Source of the DNA: Candidatus Poribacteria bacterium
GTDB lineage: Bacteria; Poribacteria; WGA-4E; WGA-3G
Length of the DNA: 64,000 nt
Reading direction: 5' to 3'
Assembly (NCBI GenBank): GCA_965215265.1
Contig: OZ244048.1
Location: 64,001-128,000 of the forward strand
The notes beneath the pieces are model-generated. The model saw only the letters and a list, made by a program, of their open reading frames with translations, ran no database searches and had not been told where the DNA came from. A program made the position numbers and the translations under genes. Positions 62,691 through 64,000 of this stretch are shown here, in pieces. Each line of letters starts with the position of its first letter. Position 1 is the first letter of the stretch.

Positions 62691-62798
62691 AAGAGAGCAT
62701 AGTTCGCGGTTTGAAGGTTACTTATAGGCTTTTGGCTTTAGATGCGCGTTTTGACGTTCGAGTCGCGGGCGGTTTTATCCAAAACGTTGTGTTGCATT

Positions 62799-63551
62799 TT
62801 ACGAAATGCCATCCCAATATTTCCACATATCTGCAGGCGTTTCAAATTTAATCTGGTCCAAGTCTTTCCGACGGTATCTACCGATAAGCGCGATTCTGAC
62901 GTTGTCCGCGCAGTTCGGACCTGCTGTGTGGCTCATCTGATGATGCCAAAAGCAGACATCTCCTGCCTCACCTGTGAATTCATAGCTCGGTCCTAAATCG
63001 AAAGGCGCGACACCGCCGGGGAGACTGTCTAAGTCATGGTACCTGAAATATTCTGCCCAGACGCGATGGCTCTGCGGCCAGACTGTAAATCCACCGCCGT
63101 GTTTCTTGACAGGGCCGAGATAGACGGTCGCTCCGAGTGTAAAAGAGCCTACGGTCCCTTTGGGAACACCGTTCGTCGGTGTATGGTAACCGTCTAAATG
63201 GCCGACGGGTTCTCGCCATTCCCTATCCGGATCCGGAAAATTGATATGTGGCCCTGCCCCGCCGCCGGTATTTAATTTACCTGCCCCAACGAGCTCTTCC
63301 GCCATTTCAAACACTGGGTTGTTGTAGACGGTGCCGCGGATGACATCTTCGCCACCGATCGGTACGGTGCGGTACCCCTTGCGGATCCAAGAATCAGGAG
63401 TCTTTCTCTGCAGTTCGTCTTCTGAAGTTTCAAGTGCTTCCCAGACTCTGTCAAGTGCAGCATCAATTGCCTCAGTCTCCAGCGCACCGCGCACGACGAG
63501 GTAACCTTGCTCTTTAAAAAACGTTTTGTCCTGAGCTGTCAAATACGCCAC
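62799..63551 (-). CDS. Phytanoyl-CoA dioxygenase (PhyH) family protein
   Basis: FFKEQGYLVVRG, HLDG, VWPQSH, AGDVCFWH..MSH; GTG start with AGGAGG RBS. Confidence 0.9.
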   Translation of the reverse strand: MAYLTAQDKTFFKEQGYLVVRGALETEAIDAALDRVWEALETSEDELQRKTPDSWIRKGYRTVPIGGEDVIRGTVYNNPVFEMAEELVGAGKLNTGGGAGPHINFPDPDREWREPVGHLDGYHTPTNGVPKGTVGSFTLGATVYLGPVKKHGGGFTVWPQSHRVWAEYFRYHDLDSLPGGVAPFDLGPSYEFTGEAGDVCFWHHQMSHTAGPNCADNVRIALIGRYRRKDLDQIKFETPADMWKYWDGIS

Positions 63552-63595
63552 TGTTGGTATCCTCCTATTGTTTTGCAGGTTGATCAAACAGATTA

Positions 63596-63686
63596 TTTGT
63601 ATATTTTAGCACGTTACCGTCGATGTTTTGATAAAACATTTACAAAACTCGTCGGAGCCTCTCTCTGTTTTGATTCATAACATAAG
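63596..63686 (-). repeat. Degenerate copy of the structured leader repeat
   Basis: Minus strand AAACAGAGAGAG.CTCCGACGAG (as in 53933-53955) and AACGTGCTAAAA.ATACAAA (as in copy A). Confidence 0.65.
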
Positions 63687-63715
63687 TGCAGGGTACTGAC
63701 CCAGCCTATCCGGGA

Positions 63716-64000
63716 TTATTGTGGCGTACACACCGTAAACCCATTCTCTTCGACTGCTTTTTGGTACGGGGTTTCGTCTAGAGCCAAGCCGAAGCCTGGA
63801 AGTTTCGGTACATTCACGTAGCCATCCGATATTGAGTAAGCTGAATCGTCCAATCCAGGGGTGGTTGCACTATCCCATTCCACGAATTCAAACCGAGCTA
63901 CTTTTGCAGCGAGGTGTGCTGAGACGTAATTTCCATAATGTCCCCCGTAGTGATGTGGGGCTGTACCGACGTTCCAGTCATCTAGCTGCGGTCCTAACTC
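63716..64000 (-). CDS. C-terminal part of a mandelate racemase / enolase superfamily protein (starts outside the window)
   Basis: Manual translation ...TAPHHYGG...HLAA...EFVEWD...DGYVNVPKLPGFGLALD...*. Confidence 0.8.
   Translation of the reverse strand, partial: ELGPQLDDWNVGTAPHHYGGHYGNYVSAHLAAKVARFEFVEWDSATTPGLDDSAYSISDGYVNVPKLPGFGLALDETPYQKAVEENGFTVCTPQ

Overview
Bacterial chromosomal window. The gene content suggests Candidatus Poribacteria or a related lineage (inference): PhyH dioxygenases, Gfo/Idh/MocA, GH88, internalin-type LRR and TolB-like proteins, Rpn genes, and a C-terminal 'P..KL.T.WG.(L/V)K' tail. Positions 1-8 kb form a defence island: a type III restriction-modification system whose mod gene is frameshifted exactly at a G9 tract, a DUF2280-like gene inserted between mod and res, and an Rpn nuclease with an internal in-frame start. 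The rest is mostly housekeeping and metabolic genes (thiC with a TPP riboswitch, hisA, glpK, bioA, truD, rpmB, relA/spoT, recJ, tmk, holB, metG, addB-like). The most unusual items are: (i) a full-length three-domain EF-Tu paralogue that has lost its GTPase and aa-tRNA-binding residues; (ii) two C9/G9 tracts that each put a gene out of frame (mod and an LRR surface protein), indicating either phase variation or homopolymer sequencing error; (iii) a second Rpn-like nuclease cassette between ~115-125 bp direct repeats; (iv) a dispersed modular hairpin repeat family found in gene leaders and tandemly amplified before metG; (v) a ferredoxin-membrane-HSP20-like fusion. All family calls come from motif recognition by eye; no database searches were run.
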